Shown: positions 19,463-30,447 of the stretch, in pieces
How positions within the stretch are numbered: position 1 is the first letter of the stretch
Layout: every line of letters starts with the position of its first letter
Origin: an uncultured Actinomycetota bacterium
Lineage (GTDB): Bacteria > Actinomycetota > Actinomycetes > Propionibacteriales > Nocardioidaceae
NCBI GenBank assembly: GCA_963806945.1
Contig: CAWDZH010000003.1
Span: 119,958-183,957, forward strand
Direction of reading: 5' to 3'
DNA length: 64,000 bases
The notes under the pieces: model-generated
The model's input: only the letters and a program-made list of their open reading frames with translations
What the model was told of the DNA's origin: nothing
The model's database searches: none
Program-made: the position numbers and the translations under genes

Positions 19463-20123
19463 CGACGAGTCCCGCGCGTCGGGCCCGATCCGAGTCGTCC
19501 TCGTCGACGACCACGCGATGTTCCGCGCCGGGGTCCGGGGCGAGCTCGCCGGTTCCCCCGACCTCGTCGCCGTCGTGGGGGAGGCCGGCGACGTCGACCA
19601 GGCGGTGGCCGTCATCGATGCCGAGCAGCCCGACGTGGTGCTGCTCGACGTCCACCTGCCCGGGGGTGGCGGCGTCCAGGTGGTGAAACGCGCGAAGAGC
19701 GCCCACAGCCGCTACCTCGCGCTGTCGGTCAGCGACGCCGCCGAGGACGTCATCGGGACCATCCGGGGTGGCGCGCGGGGATACGTCACCAAGACCATCA
19801 CCGGTCCCGAGCTGGTCGACGCGATCGGTCGCGTCGCCGACGGGGACGCGGTGTTCTCCCCGCGGCTGGCCGGCTTCGTGCTCGACGCCTTCTCCGGATC
19901 GATCGAGGTGGCGGCCGTGGACGAGGATCTGGACCGGCTCACCGAGCGGGAGCGGGAGGTGATGCGGCTGATCGCCCGCGGCTACGCCTACAAGGAGGTC
20001 GCCAAGGAGCTCTTCATCTCCATCAAGACCGTCGAGACCCACATGTCCTCGGTCCTGCGCAAGCTCCAGCTGTCGTCGCGCCACGAGCTGACGCGCTGGG
20101 CCTCGGAGCGGCACCTCCTCTGA
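19452..20123 (+). CDS. NarL/LuxR-family response regulator
   Basis: VVLVDDH, VLLDVHLP and LTEREREV...YKEVAKELFISIKTVETH motifs. Confidence 0.95.
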   Translation: MTSDDESRASGPIRVVLVDDHAMFRAGVRGELAGSPDLVAVVGEAGDVDQAVAVIDAEQPDVVLLDVHLPGGGGVQVVKRAKSAHSRYLALSVSDAAEDVIGTIRGGARGYVTKTITGPELVDAIGRVADGDAVFSPRLAGFVLDAFSGSIEVAAVDEDLDRLTEREREVMRLIARGYAYKEVAKELFISIKTVETHMSSVLRKLQLSSRHELTRWASERHLL

Positions 20124-20139
20124 CGCGTACGGCGGCCGC

Positions 20140-21718
20140 TCAGGTCGTCGTACGCTCCGCGACCGGCACCTCTTCGATGGTGCCGTTGCGGCGCCCCTCC
20201 CGGAAGTCTCGGACCTCGTCGCGGACCTTCGGCAGCAACAGGTAGCACGCCAACAGGTTCGGGATCGCACAGATGAAGAGCATCGCGTCGGCGAAGGAGA
20301 GGACCGAGGTGAAGTTGACCGTCGCGCCGACCACCACGAAGAGGCAGAAGATCATCTTGAAGATGAGCTCGCTGGCAGGGCTGCGGCCGAAGAGCGTGGT
20401 CCACGCCTTCATCGTGTAGTAGCTCCACGTGATCAGGGTCGAGAAGGCGAACAGCGCCACCGCGACCGCGAGCAGGACCGGGAACTGCGGGAGGAACGTC
20501 TCGAAGGACCGTGAGGTCACCACGACTCCATCGGGCGGCGTTGCCGCCGGCGGCGACCGAGGCCACCGCCTCGTTGTAGAAGTTGGTGTCGGCGACCACG
20601 ATGGTCAGCGCGGTCATGGTGCAGACCACCACGGTGTCGATGAAGGGCTCGAGCAGCGCCACGTAGCCCTCGCTCACAGGGTGGCGGGTCTTGACCGCCG
20701 AGTGAACGATCGGGGCCGAGCCGATGCCGGCCTCGTTGGAGAAGGCGGCCCGCTGGAAGCCGACGATCAGGACGCCGATCAGCCCGCCGCCGGCCGCGGT
20801 CGGGTTGAAGGCCTCCGTGATGATCGTGGCGATGGCTCCGGGGATGTGGGGGAAGTTGCCGAGGATGACCAGCAGGCAGCTGCCGACGTAGAGGAGACCC
20901 ATGAGCGGGACCAGCCTCGAGGTCACCTTGGCGATGGAGGTGATGCCGCCGAGGATCACCGCACCGACGAGCACCGCGAGGATGACACCGAAGATCAGGG
21001 CGGAGCCCGAGGAGCCGAGGAAGCCGTCGTCACCGCCGGTGACCTCGCGGGCCTGGGCCATGGTCTGGTTGGCCTGGAACATGTTGCCGCCGATGGCGCC
21101 GAAGAGGAACAGGGCCACGGCGAAGATCCCGACCATGCCCTTGGAGAACACGGCGCCGAAGCGGTCGAAGGCGACCGGAAGATACTTGAAGGGACCGCCG
21201 GTGACCGTGCCGTCCTCGTGCACCTCGCGATACTTCACCCCGAGCGTGCACTCCACGAACTTGGTGCACATGCCGAGCAGGCCGGCCACGATCATCCAGA
21301 ACGTTGCACCGGGACCACCGATCACGACCGCGGCGCCGACACCTGCGATGTTGCCGAGACCGACCGTGCCCGAGACGGCCGACGACAGGGCCTGGAAGTG
21401 GGTCACCTCGCCCGGGTCGCTCGCCCGGGAGTACTTGCCGCGGACCAGGTCGATCGACGTCTTGGCGCTCCGGAACTGGATGCCACGGAAGTAGATGGTG
21501 AAGATGAGCGCGGCCAGGACCAGCCAGAAGACGATGAGCGGTGCATCCGTGCCGAAGACCGGCACGGTCGCGAAGATCACCGAGCCCACCGCACTCGCGA
21601 GCGGGTCGAAGGCGCCGTTGATGGCGTCCTCGACCTTGGCCAGCCACTCCCAGGTCTGGGCGGGCTCGTCCTCGGCGGCGGAGATCAGCTGCGTGATGAT
21701 GGTGTCGGCTGGTCGCAT
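20140..21718 (-). CDS. Alanine/glycine:cation symporter (AGCS), with a +1 frameshift near 20537
   Basis: HFQAL, GTVGLGNIAGV, GGPGATFWM, NMFQAN, FSNEAGIGS and EPFIDT motifs. The C-terminus (LFAFSTLITWSYY, IPNL) continues in a second frame, 20140-20523. Confidence 0.88.
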
Positions 21719-21841
21719 GTGACACACCCCACCGCATCCGTGGAGCCCGTGGCAAGGGGTCCGCGCAGTCGGCGCCAGATTTGGCCATGACAACGCTGCG
21801 CCTGGCCCTGCTCCTCCTTCACCCGTCGGGGTGGGCTGCGC

Positions 21842-22249
21842 TCAGTGCCGCTCCTCGAGGCCCACTGACCTCCGCAACTCGCGGGTCGCCTGTCTCAGCG
21901 CCTCGTCGTCCCCGGCCTGCGACTCCATCAACGCCGCAAGAGCCTCGGCGAGGACGTTCAGCTTCTCCTGCGCGGCCTCTGCATCGCGTCGGTTCGCGTT
22001 CTCGAGGAGCACCAGAAGCAGCAGCGTCAGCACGCTCGCGACGGTGTGGATCGCGACCTGCCACTCCTTGAGGTCGACCCACAACGGCACCGAGGCGAAC
22101 CACACCACGACGATCGCGACGCACACGAAGAACATCGCCGGACCGCTCACGCGCAGGTAGGTCGACTCCACGAACCGCTCGAACCACGAGCGGTCGTCGC
22201 CGCCATCCTGGCGTGCGGCCCGCGCGGATCCGTGCTCGTCTGCGTTCAT
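21842..22249 (-). CDS. Low-affinity iron permease (Fet4-like) family small membrane protein
   Basis: 'WFERF...W...WQVAIHTVASVLTLLLLVLLENANRRD..AAQEKLN' pattern. Confidence 0.7.
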   Translation of the reverse strand: MNADEHGSARAARQDGGDDRSWFERFVESTYLRVSGPAMFFVCVAIVVVWFASVPLWVDLKEWQVAIHTVASVLTLLLLVLLENANRRDAEAAQEKLNVLAEALAALMESQAGDDEALRQATRELRRSVGLEERH

Positions 22250-22325
22250 GGGCCGACGATAATGGCCTTGTGCTCGACCGGGCGAGCGGCTCCGTGTCGG
22301 GCGGGGACCGTAGGCTGGATCCGAC

Positions 22326-24752
22326 ATGAGCACCCCCATCCCGATCCCCGGCTTCGACGCTCCCGCCGAACCGCGCACCCGTCGCGGACCCGACCCTGAG
22401 GAGTTGCTCGCCGGACTGAACGAGCAGCAGCGCGCCGCGGTCGTCCACTCCGGCGCGCCGTTGTTGGTGGTCGCGGGTGCCGGCTCGGGGAAGACGCGGG
22501 TGCTGGCCCGGCGGATCGCCTGGCTGATCGGGGAGCGCGGCGCCCATCCCGGGTCGATCCTCGCGATCACCTTCACGAACAAGGCCGCGGCGGAGATGAA
22601 GGAACGGGTCGCGTCCCTCGTCGGCAACCGGGCCCGGGTCATGTGGGTCAGCACCTTCCACAGCGCCTGTGTCCGGATCCTGCGCAAGGAGATCACGGTC
22701 CTGAACCGGGGCGAGACCGGATTCAAGTCCTCGTTCTCGATCTACGACTCTGCCGACTCCAAGCGGCTGATGACGCTGGTCGCGAAGGACCTCGGGCTCG
22801 ATCCCAAGCGCCACCCACCGAACGTGCTGCTGAACTGGATGTCCAACCACAAGAACGAGCTGCGCGACGCCGAGGAGGCGACCCGGGAGGCGCGCAACGG
22901 CTTCGAGGAGGCCAGCGCTGCGGCGTACACCGCCTACCAGCGCCGGCTGCGTGAGGCGAACGCGCTCGACTTCGACGACCTCATCATGACGACGGTCCAC
23001 CTGTTCCAGGCCTTCCCCGACGTCCGGGAGAGCTACCGACGCCGCTTCCGTCACGTCCTCGTCGACGAGTACCAGGACACCAACCACGCCCAGTACGCGC
23101 TGATCCACCAGCTGTGCGCGGACAACCCCGAGGACGTCGACCCGGAGGCCGAGCGGGTGCCGCCCAGCGAGCTGATGGTGGTCGGTGACGCCGACCAGTC
23201 GATCTACGCCTTCCGCGGTGCCAACATCCGCAACATCCTCGACTTCGAGCAGGACTTCCCCAACGCGAGCTCGATCCTGCTGGAGCAGAACTACCGCTCG
23301 ACCCAGACCATCCTCAACGCCGCCAACGCGGTGATCGGCCACAACAAGGGGCGCAAGGCCAAGCGACTGTGGTCCGAGGCCGGCACCGGGGAACGGATCG
23401 TCGGCTACGTGGCCGACGACGAGCGTGACGAGGCCCGGTTCGTGTCACGGGAGATCGACAGTCTCACCGACGAGACCGGAGTCCGGCCCGCCGACGTGGC
23501 TGTCTTCTATCGCACCAACGCCCAGTCGCGGGTCTTCGAGGAGGTGTTCATCCGCACCGGTCAGCCGTACAAGGTCGTCGGTGGGGTGCGGTTCTACGAG
23601 CGCCGTGAGGTGCGCGACGCCGTCGCCTACCTGCGGCTGCTGGTCAACCCGGCCGACGAGATCTCGCTGCGGCGGATCCTCAACACCCCCAAGCGCGGCA
23701 TCGGCGACCGTGCCGTGGCCTGTGTGACGGCGCTCGCTGAACGGGATCGGGTCACCTTCTGGGATGCGCTGCGCCGGGCCGAGGAGGCGCCGGGCCTGGC
23801 GTCGCGGTCGCTCAACGCGATCACCGGGTTCGTGGCGATGGTCGAGGAGCTCCAGTCGATGGTCGACGCGGGGGAGCGCCCCGACGTGGTGCTCGAGACG
23901 GTGCTGGACCGCTCGGGCTACCTCACCGAGCTGGAGGACTCCGACGATCCGCAGGACGAGACCCGCCTCGAGAACCTGGCCGAGCTGGTGGCGGTCGCTC
24001 GGGAGTTCTCCGACGACCCGGTGGCGGGGCCCAGCGCCGATCCGGCGGACGTCGACGCCGGCACCGTCGCGCCGGGCCTCTCCGACTTCCTGGAGCGGGT
24101 CGCCCTGGTGGCCGACACCGACCAGATCCCCGACGGCCCCGAGGGGGACGACTCCGGGGTGGTGACGTTGATGACCCTCCACACCGCGAAGGGTCTGGAG
24201 TTCCCGGTGGTCTTCCTGACCGGTCTCGAGGACGGGATCTTCCCGCACGCCCGCTCGCTCGGCGACCAGCCCGAGCTGGAGGAGGAGCGCCGGCTCGCCT
24301 ACGTCGGGGTCACCCGCGCCGAGCAGCGGCTCTACCTGTCCCGGGCCATCGTGCGCTCCGCCTGGGGCGCACCGGCTCACAACCCGGCCTCACGCTTCCT
24401 CGACGAGATGCCGGTCGACCTCGTCGACTGGAGGCGCACCGAGGCCGCACAGACCGAGTGGAACCGCCCCGATCTCGCGAGCGGCTCGCGCACCTCCTGG
24501 GGATCACCGACGGCCGCCGGACGGCGTCACTTCTCGGCCGCTGCGGCCCGCGCCGACGCTGCGTCGAAGGCCAAGTCCCCGCGTGAGGTGGCCTCCCTCG
24601 CACCCGGCGACCGGGTGCAGCACGACACCTTCGGGCTGGGCACCGTGGTCACCGTCGAAGGTGCGGCCGAGAAGGCCGTGGCCTCGATCGACTTCGGCAG
24701 CGAAGGCGTCAAGCGGTTGCTGCTGCGCTACGCGCCGGTGGAGAAGCTCTAG
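22326..24752 (+). CDS. pcrA: ATP-dependent DNA helicase PcrA/UvrD1
   Basis: AGAGSGKT, TFTNKAA, VDEYQDTN, GDADQSIYAFRGA, EQNYRST, TLHTAKGLEF and EEERRLAYVGVTRA motifs. Confidence 0.97.
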   Translation: MSTPIPIPGFDAPAEPRTRRGPDPEELLAGLNEQQRAAVVHSGAPLLVVAGAGSGKTRVLARRIAWLIGERGAHPGSILAITFTNKAAAEMKERVASLVGNRARVMWVSTFHSACVRILRKEITVLNRGETGFKSSFSIYDSADSKRLMTLVAKDLGLDPKRHPPNVLLNWMSNHKNELRDAEEATREARNGFEEASAAAYTAYQRRLREANALDFDDLIMTTVHLFQAFPDVRESYRRRFRHVLVDEYQDTNHAQYALIHQLCADNPEDVDPEAERVPPSELMVVGDADQSIYAFRGANIRNILDFEQDFPNASSILLEQNYRSTQTILNAANAVIGHNKGRKAKRLWSEAGTGERIVGYVADDERDEARFVSREIDSLTDETGVRPADVAVFYRTNAQSRVFEEVFIRTGQPYKVVGGVRFYERREVRDAVAYLRLLVNPADEISLRRILNTPKRGIGDRAVACVTALAERDRVTFWDALRRAEEAPGLASRSLNAITGFVAMVEELQSMVDAGERPDVVLETVLDRSGYLTELEDSDDPQDETRLENLAELVAVAREFSDDPVAGPSADPADVDAGTVAPGLSDFLERVALVADTDQIPDGPEGDDSGVVTLMTLHTAKGLEFPVVFLTGLEDGIFPHARSLGDQPELEEERRLAYVGVTRAEQRLYLSRAIVRSAWGAPAHNPASRFLDEMPVDLVDWRRTEAAQTEWNRPDLASGSRTSWGSPTAAGRRHFSAAAARADAASKAKSPREVASLAPGDRVQHDTFGLGTVVTVEGAAEKAVASIDFGSEGVKRLLLRYAPVEKL

Positions 24753-26209
24753 ACCGACCGGATCCGGCTGCGCAGGGCGAGGACGGCCGCGGCCGCCGCA
24801 ACCAGACCGCCGGCCAGACCCAGTCCCAGCCAGACCAGCCCTGGACCTCCGTCCTCGGCGCCGGGTGGTCCGTCGCCCGCCTGCTGGGCCGCGTTCTCGT
24901 TCGCGTCGTCCGCGGCAGCAGCGTCGAAGTCGATCGTCGGCTGGTCGGCCGTCGCGAAGTCGGTGGCGAAGCTGAACGTGCTGTCCGTTCCCTCGTCGTC
25001 GAAGGGTGCGACCAGGTTCGACTCCACGTCCGCATTCGAGAGGTCGAACACGATGAGGTGCTGCTCGGAGCCCTGCCGGACCTGGGCCAGCACGTCGTCG
25101 TCGCCGATCCAGCCGAGGAGGTCGACCCACACCGGCGAGAGAGGCAGGTCCAGTCGCTCGCGCGCACCGGTGCGGAGGTCGACCTCGAGCAGGTGGCTGC
25201 TGGGGTCACGAGTCTCCAGCAGGACCCGGCGGCCGCCAGCGAAGAGGCCGACGCCGTAGCCGTCAGGGACCCGACCGTTGGCGTCCCGCGCGAGGGACCC
25301 GTCGTCAGACACCATGGGCGGCCAGCCGGACCAGTCGAAGCTCAGCCAGAAGTCCCCGTCGAACTCACGACGATCGAAGACGTCGCGACGGGTGCCGGTG
25401 GCGGTGTCGTACACCGCAGCGCCGGAGGCCCACACCGCCTGCCGGTAGGCCTGGTCGAGGCGGGTGCCCCAGTGCTCGACCTCGACCCCCGCAGCGGGCG
25501 TGGCGGCCCACACCTGCTCGTAGCCCACGTATCGCCCGTTGTCGGACCACCGCACGCCGTAGGGCACCAGCCCCCACGGGAAGTCCTGGTTGTCGATCGC
25601 CGCGCCGAATTCGCCAGGGGGGGTACGGCTCTCGGGCACGTCCTCGGTCCGGCCGGTCAGCAGATCGAGAATGCGCAGGCCGCTGCGGACGAAACCATCG
25701 GCCTGCCCGGTCTGCTCGGGGAGGGGGGCGTGCCAGCCATAGGCCAACCTGGTGCCGTCCGGGGACAGGCTCAGTCCGACCATGCCCGTGCGGCGCACCT
25801 CCGGGTCGTCGTACGCGCTCGGATCGAAGCCGGGCAGGTCGAGCCGGTGGTAGACGCCGTCGTCGGCGGTGACCACGAAGGCGCCGGTCGGGTTGGCGAC
25901 CGCGACGGAGGCGGGACCGACAGCAAGGTCCTTCTCCAGCGGTAGGCCACCCTCGCCGAACACGCCGCGGACGATGTTCGGGATGCCGGACTGCTCGGCC
26001 GGCGAGGGGTGGCGCCGGTCCGGGTCAGGCTGCACCACGACGCCGACGGTGGCCGCCAGTGCGAACACCGCAGCCCCGACGGCAGACGCGATCACGATCG
26101 CTTCGCGGCGCCGGGCGGTCCGCGCCCGAGCCCACAGGGTGGGGTCCGGAGGCGCCGGTTCGGCCCGCTCCGCCATCCGGGTCATCACGTCGCGCAGCTG
26201 GTCACTCAT
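24749..26209 (-). CDS. Putative anti-sigma-like membrane protein with extracellular (propeller-like) domain
   Basis: Coupled to the ECF sigma gene. N-terminal 'LRDVM...LWARARTARRR' followed by a TM segment, an LSPDGTRLAY repeat, and a C-terminal TM segment. Confidence 0.6.
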   Translation of the reverse strand: MSDQLRDVMTRMAERAEPAPPDPTLWARARTARRREAIVIASAVGAAVFALAATVGVVVQPDPDRRHPSPAEQSGIPNIVRGVFGEGGLPLEKDLAVGPASVAVANPTGAFVVTADDGVYHRLDLPGFDPSAYDDPEVRRTGMVGLSLSPDGTRLAYGWHAPLPEQTGQADGFVRSGLRILDLLTGRTEDVPESRTPPGEFGAAIDNQDFPWGLVPYGVRWSDNGRYVGYEQVWAATPAAGVEVEHWGTRLDQAYRQAVWASGAAVYDTATGTRRDVFDRREFDGDFWLSFDWSGWPPMVSDDGSLARDANGRVPDGYGVGLFAGGRRVLLETRDPSSHLLEVDLRTGARERLDLPLSPVWVDLLGWIGDDDVLAQVRQGSEQHLIVFDLSNADVESNLVAPFDDEGTDSTFSFATDFATADQPTIDFDAAAADDANENAAQQAGDGPPGAEDGGPGLVWLGLGLAGGLVAAAAAVLALRSRIRSV

Positions 26210-26709
26210 CGCTCTGCTCCGATCAAGGTGCCGAGGTCGGGCGCGACGGTTCGCAACCGGGCGAGCGCCCGGCGGTGGGTGGACTTGACGGTGCCGAGCC
26301 CGATCCCCAACACCCGGGCCGTCTCGGCCTCGGTCAGGTCCTCGTAGTAGCGCAGCACCAGCACCGTCCGCTGCCGCAGCGTGAGCTCGGCGAGCGCGTG
26401 CTCGAGGGCCAGGTGCATGTCGGGGTCGCTCCCGGCGGCAGCCGGGACGTCATAGGCGGGACGGAACGTCTCGACCACTCGCCGGCGCCGCCAGCGCGAG
26501 ATGTTCTCGGTGTAGAGGATCCGCCGGACGTAGGGCTCGGGTTCGCCCACGATCCGGTCCCAGGCCTTGGCGGCCTTGAACAGCGCCGTCTGGACGAGGT
26601 CCTCGGCGAGCTGGTGGTCGTGGGTGAGGAGGTAGGCCGTCCGGGTCAGCGCCGGAGTGCGGGCAACGACGAAGTCGGTGAATGCTGCTTCGTCGGCCAT
26701 GGGTGCCAT
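26206..26709 (-). CDS. SigE-family ECF RNA polymerase sigma factor
   Basis: TAYLLTHD...AEDLVQTAL, and LTLRQRTVLVLRYYEDLTEAETARVLGIGLGTVKS. Confidence 0.93.
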   Translation of the reverse strand: MAPMADEAAFTDFVVARTPALTRTAYLLTHDHQLAEDLVQTALFKAAKAWDRIVGEPEPYVRRILYTENISRWRRRRVVETFRPAYDVPAAAGSDPDMHLALEHALAELTLRQRTVLVLRYYEDLTEAETARVLGIGLGTVKSTHRRALARLRTVAPDLGTLIGAER

Positions 26710-26808
26710 GGGTGTGCCTCCTGCCCCTCACCCATGATGACGCCGTGGAGGGGAGGCGCGGAGGTCACGCCGGCAGAATATTGTTGCGCCGCCGGCTCAG
26801 CCGGTCCG

Positions 26809-27681
26809 TCAAGGCGTGATGCCGCGCACGATGAAGGCGGCGCGCGGGTCGACCGGGTCGCCGCCACCGGGGCGCACCTCGAGGTGGAGGTGGGAGCCGG
26901 TCACGTTGCCGGTGGAGCCGATGGCGCCGATGACCTGGCCCGACCGCACCACGTCGCCCTCGCTGACGGCGTAGCTGCTCTGGTGGCAGTACCAGATCTC
27001 GGTGCCGTCATCGAGGGTGACGACGGTCTTGTTGCCGTAGGAACCGTCGTAGCCGACGGAGGTCACCACGCCGCCCGCGACGGACATGATCGCCTGGCCC
27101 TCGACCCCGTTGAAGTCGAGCCCGGTGTGGTAGCTCGCCCACAGGCCGTAGGCGCCGTACTCGGCGGTGGTGATCGAGGGGCTGACCGGCAGCACCCACT
27201 GGTTGAGCGCGATCTTCTTCGACTGCTGCTCAGCGAGCTGGGCGAACTCGGCCAGGGCCGCGTTGCGCTGCTGGGTCATCGCCTCGGCCTCCGCGACGAG
27301 GTCGGCGTCCGCGGCATCGGAGAGAGCGTCGCGGCGCGAGTCGCGGGAGACCGTGGAACGCCCCTTGAGCAGGTCGTTGCTGGACTGACCACTGCTGCCG
27401 GTCAGGGCGTTGGCCGCCACGACGCGGTGCTCGGACGCGGCGACAAGCTGGGGTTCGCTGATCGTCATCACGCCGCCGACCGAGGCGGCGAGCGCCGTCA
27501 TGCCGAGCACGACGGGGATCGAGGGAAGGCCGCGGAAGAGGGGCCCGCGCGACCCGGTGTGCTTGCTGGCCTTGCGTCGCCCGGGGCCTGTCGCGGGCGC
27601 GGTCACGGCGGCCGGAGCCTGCGGAGTCGTCGACGAGGGAGCACGGCGCAGGCCGCGTCGATCCGCTCGATGATGACCCAT
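26809..27681 (-). CDS. M23-family metallopeptidase
   Basis: HTGLD, YGN, YCH and TGNVTGSHLHLEV motifs. N-terminal 'MGHHR' and a TM segment. Confidence 0.92.
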   Translation of the reverse strand: MGHHRADRRGLRRAPSSTTPQAPAAVTAPATGPGRRKASKHTGSRGPLFRGLPSIPVVLGMTALAASVGGVMTISEPQLVAASEHRVVAANALTGSSGQSSNDLLKGRSTVSRDSRRDALSDAADADLVAEAEAMTQQRNAALAEFAQLAEQQSKKIALNQWVLPVSPSITTAEYGAYGLWASYHTGLDFNGVEGQAIMSVAGGVVTSVGYDGSYGNKTVVTLDDGTEIWYCHQSSYAVSEGDVVRSGQVIGAIGSTGNVTGSHLHLEVRPGGGDPVDPRAAFIVRGITP

Positions 27682-27734
27682 AGGGGTGTAGCGCTCCCAG
27701 GCTCGGGGTGGTCTGGAGACAACGAGGACAAACA

Positions 27735-27750
27735 ATAACGGATCGGTCAC
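27735..27750. promoter_or_regulatory. MtrA/GlnR-type direct repeat (GTGAC-N6-GTTAT on the - strand)
   Basis: ATAAC-GGATCG-GTCAC in the AT-richer region upstream of the M23 gene. One mismatch to GTnAC-N6-GTnAC. Confidence 0.35.
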
Positions 27751-27833
27751 GCCAAGGAAATTCCGGGCTGGGCCCCTGTGGAACGCACTGCCGGCGGACG
27801 TGGCAGGGATCACGCCTCGGATACGCTGCGGAC

Positions 27834-28247
27834 ATGACTTCCTCGAGCGCTGGCCGGATCCGGATCGTCGTCGGGAAACCGGGGCTGGACGGGCACGACC
27901 GCGGCGCCAAGATCGTGGCCCGGGCCCTGCGCGACGCCGGCCACGAGGTCATCTACACCGGCCTCCACCAGACACCGGAGCAGATCGTGGAGACCGCGAT
28001 CCAGGAGGACGCCGACCTGATCGGCCTCTCGGTCCTCTCCGGTGCCCACATGACCCTCTTCCGCACCTTGGTCACCCTGCTGGCCGAGCGCGACGCGAGC
28101 GACATCGTGGTCTTCGGCGGCGGGATCATCCCCGAGGAGGACATCCCCGTCCTGCAGGAGATCGGCGTGGCCCGGGTGTTCACGCCGGGTGCGTCCACCC
28201 ACGAGATCACCGGCTGGGTCAGCGAGCACTTCGGCGTCGACGCCTGA
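27834..28247 (+). CDS. Cobalamin-binding small subunit of an acyl-CoA mutase (IcmB-like)
   Basis: [12 protein letters not shown] (DxHxxG), [15 protein letters not shown] and FTPG motifs. Confidence 0.9.
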   Translation: MTSSSAGRIRIVVGKPGLDGHDRGAKIVARALRDAGHEVIYTGLHQTPEQIVETAIQEDADLIGLSVLSGAHMTLFRTLVTLLAERDASDIVVFGGGIIPEEDIPVLQEIGVARVFTPGASTHEITGWVSEHFGVDA

Positions 28248-28336
28248 CCCACCCTCGTCCGCAGGGGCGCTCCGGGACTAGGGTGCGAGGCGCGGAACCC
28301 GCGACTTGTCGAACAGAACGAAGGACTGGGCGAACA

Positions 28337-29509
28337 GTGGACTTGATGGAGTACCAGGCGAAGGAGCTCTTCGCGAAGCATGGAGTGGCCGGCGCGCTCG
28401 GCAAGACCGTCGAGACCCCGGAGGACGCTCGCGCGGCCGCCGAGGAGATCGGTGGCGTCGTCGTCGTCAAGGCCCAGGTCAAGGCGGGCGGCCGCGGCAA
28501 GGCCGGGGGCGTCAAGGTGGCGAAGTCGCCGGAGGAGGCCGAGGAGGCCGCCCGCGCGATCCTCGCCCTCGAGATCAAGGGGCTCCCGGTCAACCGGGTG
28601 CTCGTGGTCCCCGGCGCCTCGATCGAGGAGGAGTACTACTTCTCCTTCCTGCTCGACCGCTCGAACCGCTCCTACCTCTGCATCGCGAGCGTCGAGGGTG
28701 GTGTCGAGATCGAGGAGGTCGCGAAGACCAACCCCGACGCGGTCAAGCAGATCCCGATCGACGCCGGCGCAGGCGTCGACGCCGCGAAGGCCGCCGAGAT
28801 CGTCGACGAGGCGGGTTTCCCGGCCGAGCTGCGCGACCAGGCGATCGAGATGGTCCAGCAGCTCTGGAACGTCTTCGTCGAGGAGGACGCCACCCTGGTC
28901 GAGGTCAACCCGCTGGCGCGGCTGACCGGCGACAAGCTCGAGGCACTCGACGGCAAGGTCTCGCTCGACGAGAACGCCGAGTTCCGCCACGAGGACCATG
29001 CCGCCTTCGCGATCCGCGAGGAGTCCGACCCGCTCGAGGCGAAGGCCAAGGACAAGGGCCTCAACTACGTCAAGCTCGACGGGCAGGTCGGGATCATCGG
29101 CAACGGCGCCGGGCTGGTCATGTCGACCCTCGACGTCGTCGCCTACGCCGGTGAGAAGCACGGCGGCGTCAAGCCGGCCAACTTCCTCGACATCGGTGGC
29201 GGCGCCAACGCCCAGGTGATGGCCGACGGCCTCGACGTGATCGTCCACGACGAGCAGGTCAAGAGCGTGTTCGTGAACGTCTTCGGCGGCATCACCGCCT
29301 GTGACGAGGTCGCCAACGGCATCAAGGGCGCGCTCGAGATCCTCGGTGACGAGGCGAGCAAGCCGCTCGTCGTACGCCTCGACGGCAACAACGTCGAGAA
29401 GGGTCGCGCCATCCTGGCCGAGCTGAACCACCCGCTGGTGACGATGGCCGACACGATGGACGGAGCGGCCGACAAGGCCGCCGAGCTCGCGAACGCGGGA
29501 GGCAACTGA
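28337..29509 (+). CDS. sucC: Succinyl-CoA ligase beta subunit
   Basis: (V)[40 protein letters not shown] and VRLDGNN motifs. Confidence 0.97.
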   Translation: MDLMEYQAKELFAKHGVAGALGKTVETPEDARAAAEEIGGVVVVKAQVKAGGRGKAGGVKVAKSPEEAEEAARAILALEIKGLPVNRVLVVPGASIEEEYYFSFLLDRSNRSYLCIASVEGGVEIEEVAKTNPDAVKQIPIDAGAGVDAAKAAEIVDEAGFPAELRDQAIEMVQQLWNVFVEEDATLVEVNPLARLTGDKLEALDGKVSLDENAEFRHEDHAAFAIREESDPLEAKAKDKGLNYVKLDGQVGIIGNGAGLVMSTLDVVAYAGEKHGGVKPANFLDIGGGANAQVMADGLDVIVHDEQVKSVFVNVFGGITACDEVANGIKGALEILGDEASKPLVVRLDGNNVEKGRAILAELNHPLVTMADTMDGAADKAAELANAGGN

Positions 29510-29510
29510 G

Positions 29511-30392
29511 ATGTCGATCTACCTGAACCAGGACTCGAAGATCATCGTCCAGGGCATGACCGGTGGGATGGGCTCCAAGCACACCACCCTCATGCTCGAG
29601 GCCGGCTCCAACATCGTCGGCGGTGTCAACGCCCGCAAGGCCGGCACCACCGTCGAGCTCGCCGGCCAGGAGCTGCCGGTCTTCGGCAGCGTCAAGGAGG
29701 CGATGGCCGAGACCGGCGCCGACGTGTCGGTCTTGTTCGTGCCGCCGGCGTTCACCAAGGACGCCTGCATCGAGGCCATCGACGCCGGGATCGGCCTGCT
29801 CGTGGTCATCACCGAAGGTGTGCCCGTGCAGGACTCCGCCGAGGTGTTCGCCTACCTCGACGGCAAGCCGACCCGGATGATCGGTCCGAACTGCCCCGGC
29901 ATCATCACGCCGGGTGAGTCGCTGGCCGGCATCACGCCCCACACCATCGCCGGCAAGGGTCCGATCGGGCTGGTGTCCAAGTCGGGGACGCTGACCTACC
30001 AGATGATGTTCGAGCTGCGCGACCACGGCTTCTCGAGCGCCATCGGCATCGGTGGCGACCCGATCATCGGCACCACCCACATCGACGCGCTCGAGGCTTT
30101 CGAGAACGACCCCGACACCTTGGCGATCGTGATGATCGGTGAGATCGGCGGCGACGCCGAGGAGCGGGCGGCGACCTACATCAAGGACCACGTCACCAAG
30201 CCGGTCGTCGGCTACGTCGCCGGGTTCACGGCTCCTGAGGGCAAGACCATGGGTCACGCCGGTGCGATCGTCTCCGGCTCTTCGGGCACCGCGCAGGCGA
30301 AGAAGGAAGCGCTCGAGGCGGTCGGGGTGAAGGTCGGCAAGACGCCGTCCGAGACCGCCGACCTGATGCGAGAGATCGTCAAGGGTCTCTGA
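29511..30392 (+). CDS. sucD: Succinyl-CoA ligase alpha subunit
   Basis: [21 protein letters not shown] and MGHAGA motifs. Confidence 0.97.
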   Translation: MSIYLNQDSKIIVQGMTGGMGSKHTTLMLEAGSNIVGGVNARKAGTTVELAGQELPVFGSVKEAMAETGADVSVLFVPPAFTKDACIEAIDAGIGLLVVITEGVPVQDSAEVFAYLDGKPTRMIGPNCPGIITPGESLAGITPHTIAGKGPIGLVSKSGTLTYQMMFELRDHGFSSAIGIGGDPIIGTTHIDALEAFENDPDTLAIVMIGEIGGDAEERAATYIKDHVTKPVVGYVAGFTAPEGKTMGHAGAIVSGSSGTAQAKKEALEAVGVKVGKTPSETADLMREIVKGL

Positions 30393-30405
30393 CTCGCAGT
30401 CTCCG

Positions 30406-30440
30406 CCGGGCTCCTCCCATCACGGATGGGAGGAGCCCGG
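30406..30440. terminator. Strong hairpin, likely bidirectional terminator between convergent sucD and DUF222 genes
   Basis: Perfect 16-bp stem CCGGGCTCCTCCCATC / GATGGGAGGAGCCCGG with a 3-nt loop. Confidence 0.75.
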
Positions 30441-30447
30441 TGTGCGT

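Noticed and set aside
21719-21841. Glycine riboswitch upstream of the alanine/glycine symporter
   Set aside because: The GGAGA / CCGAAG / CUCUCAGG signature is not present on the coding strand.
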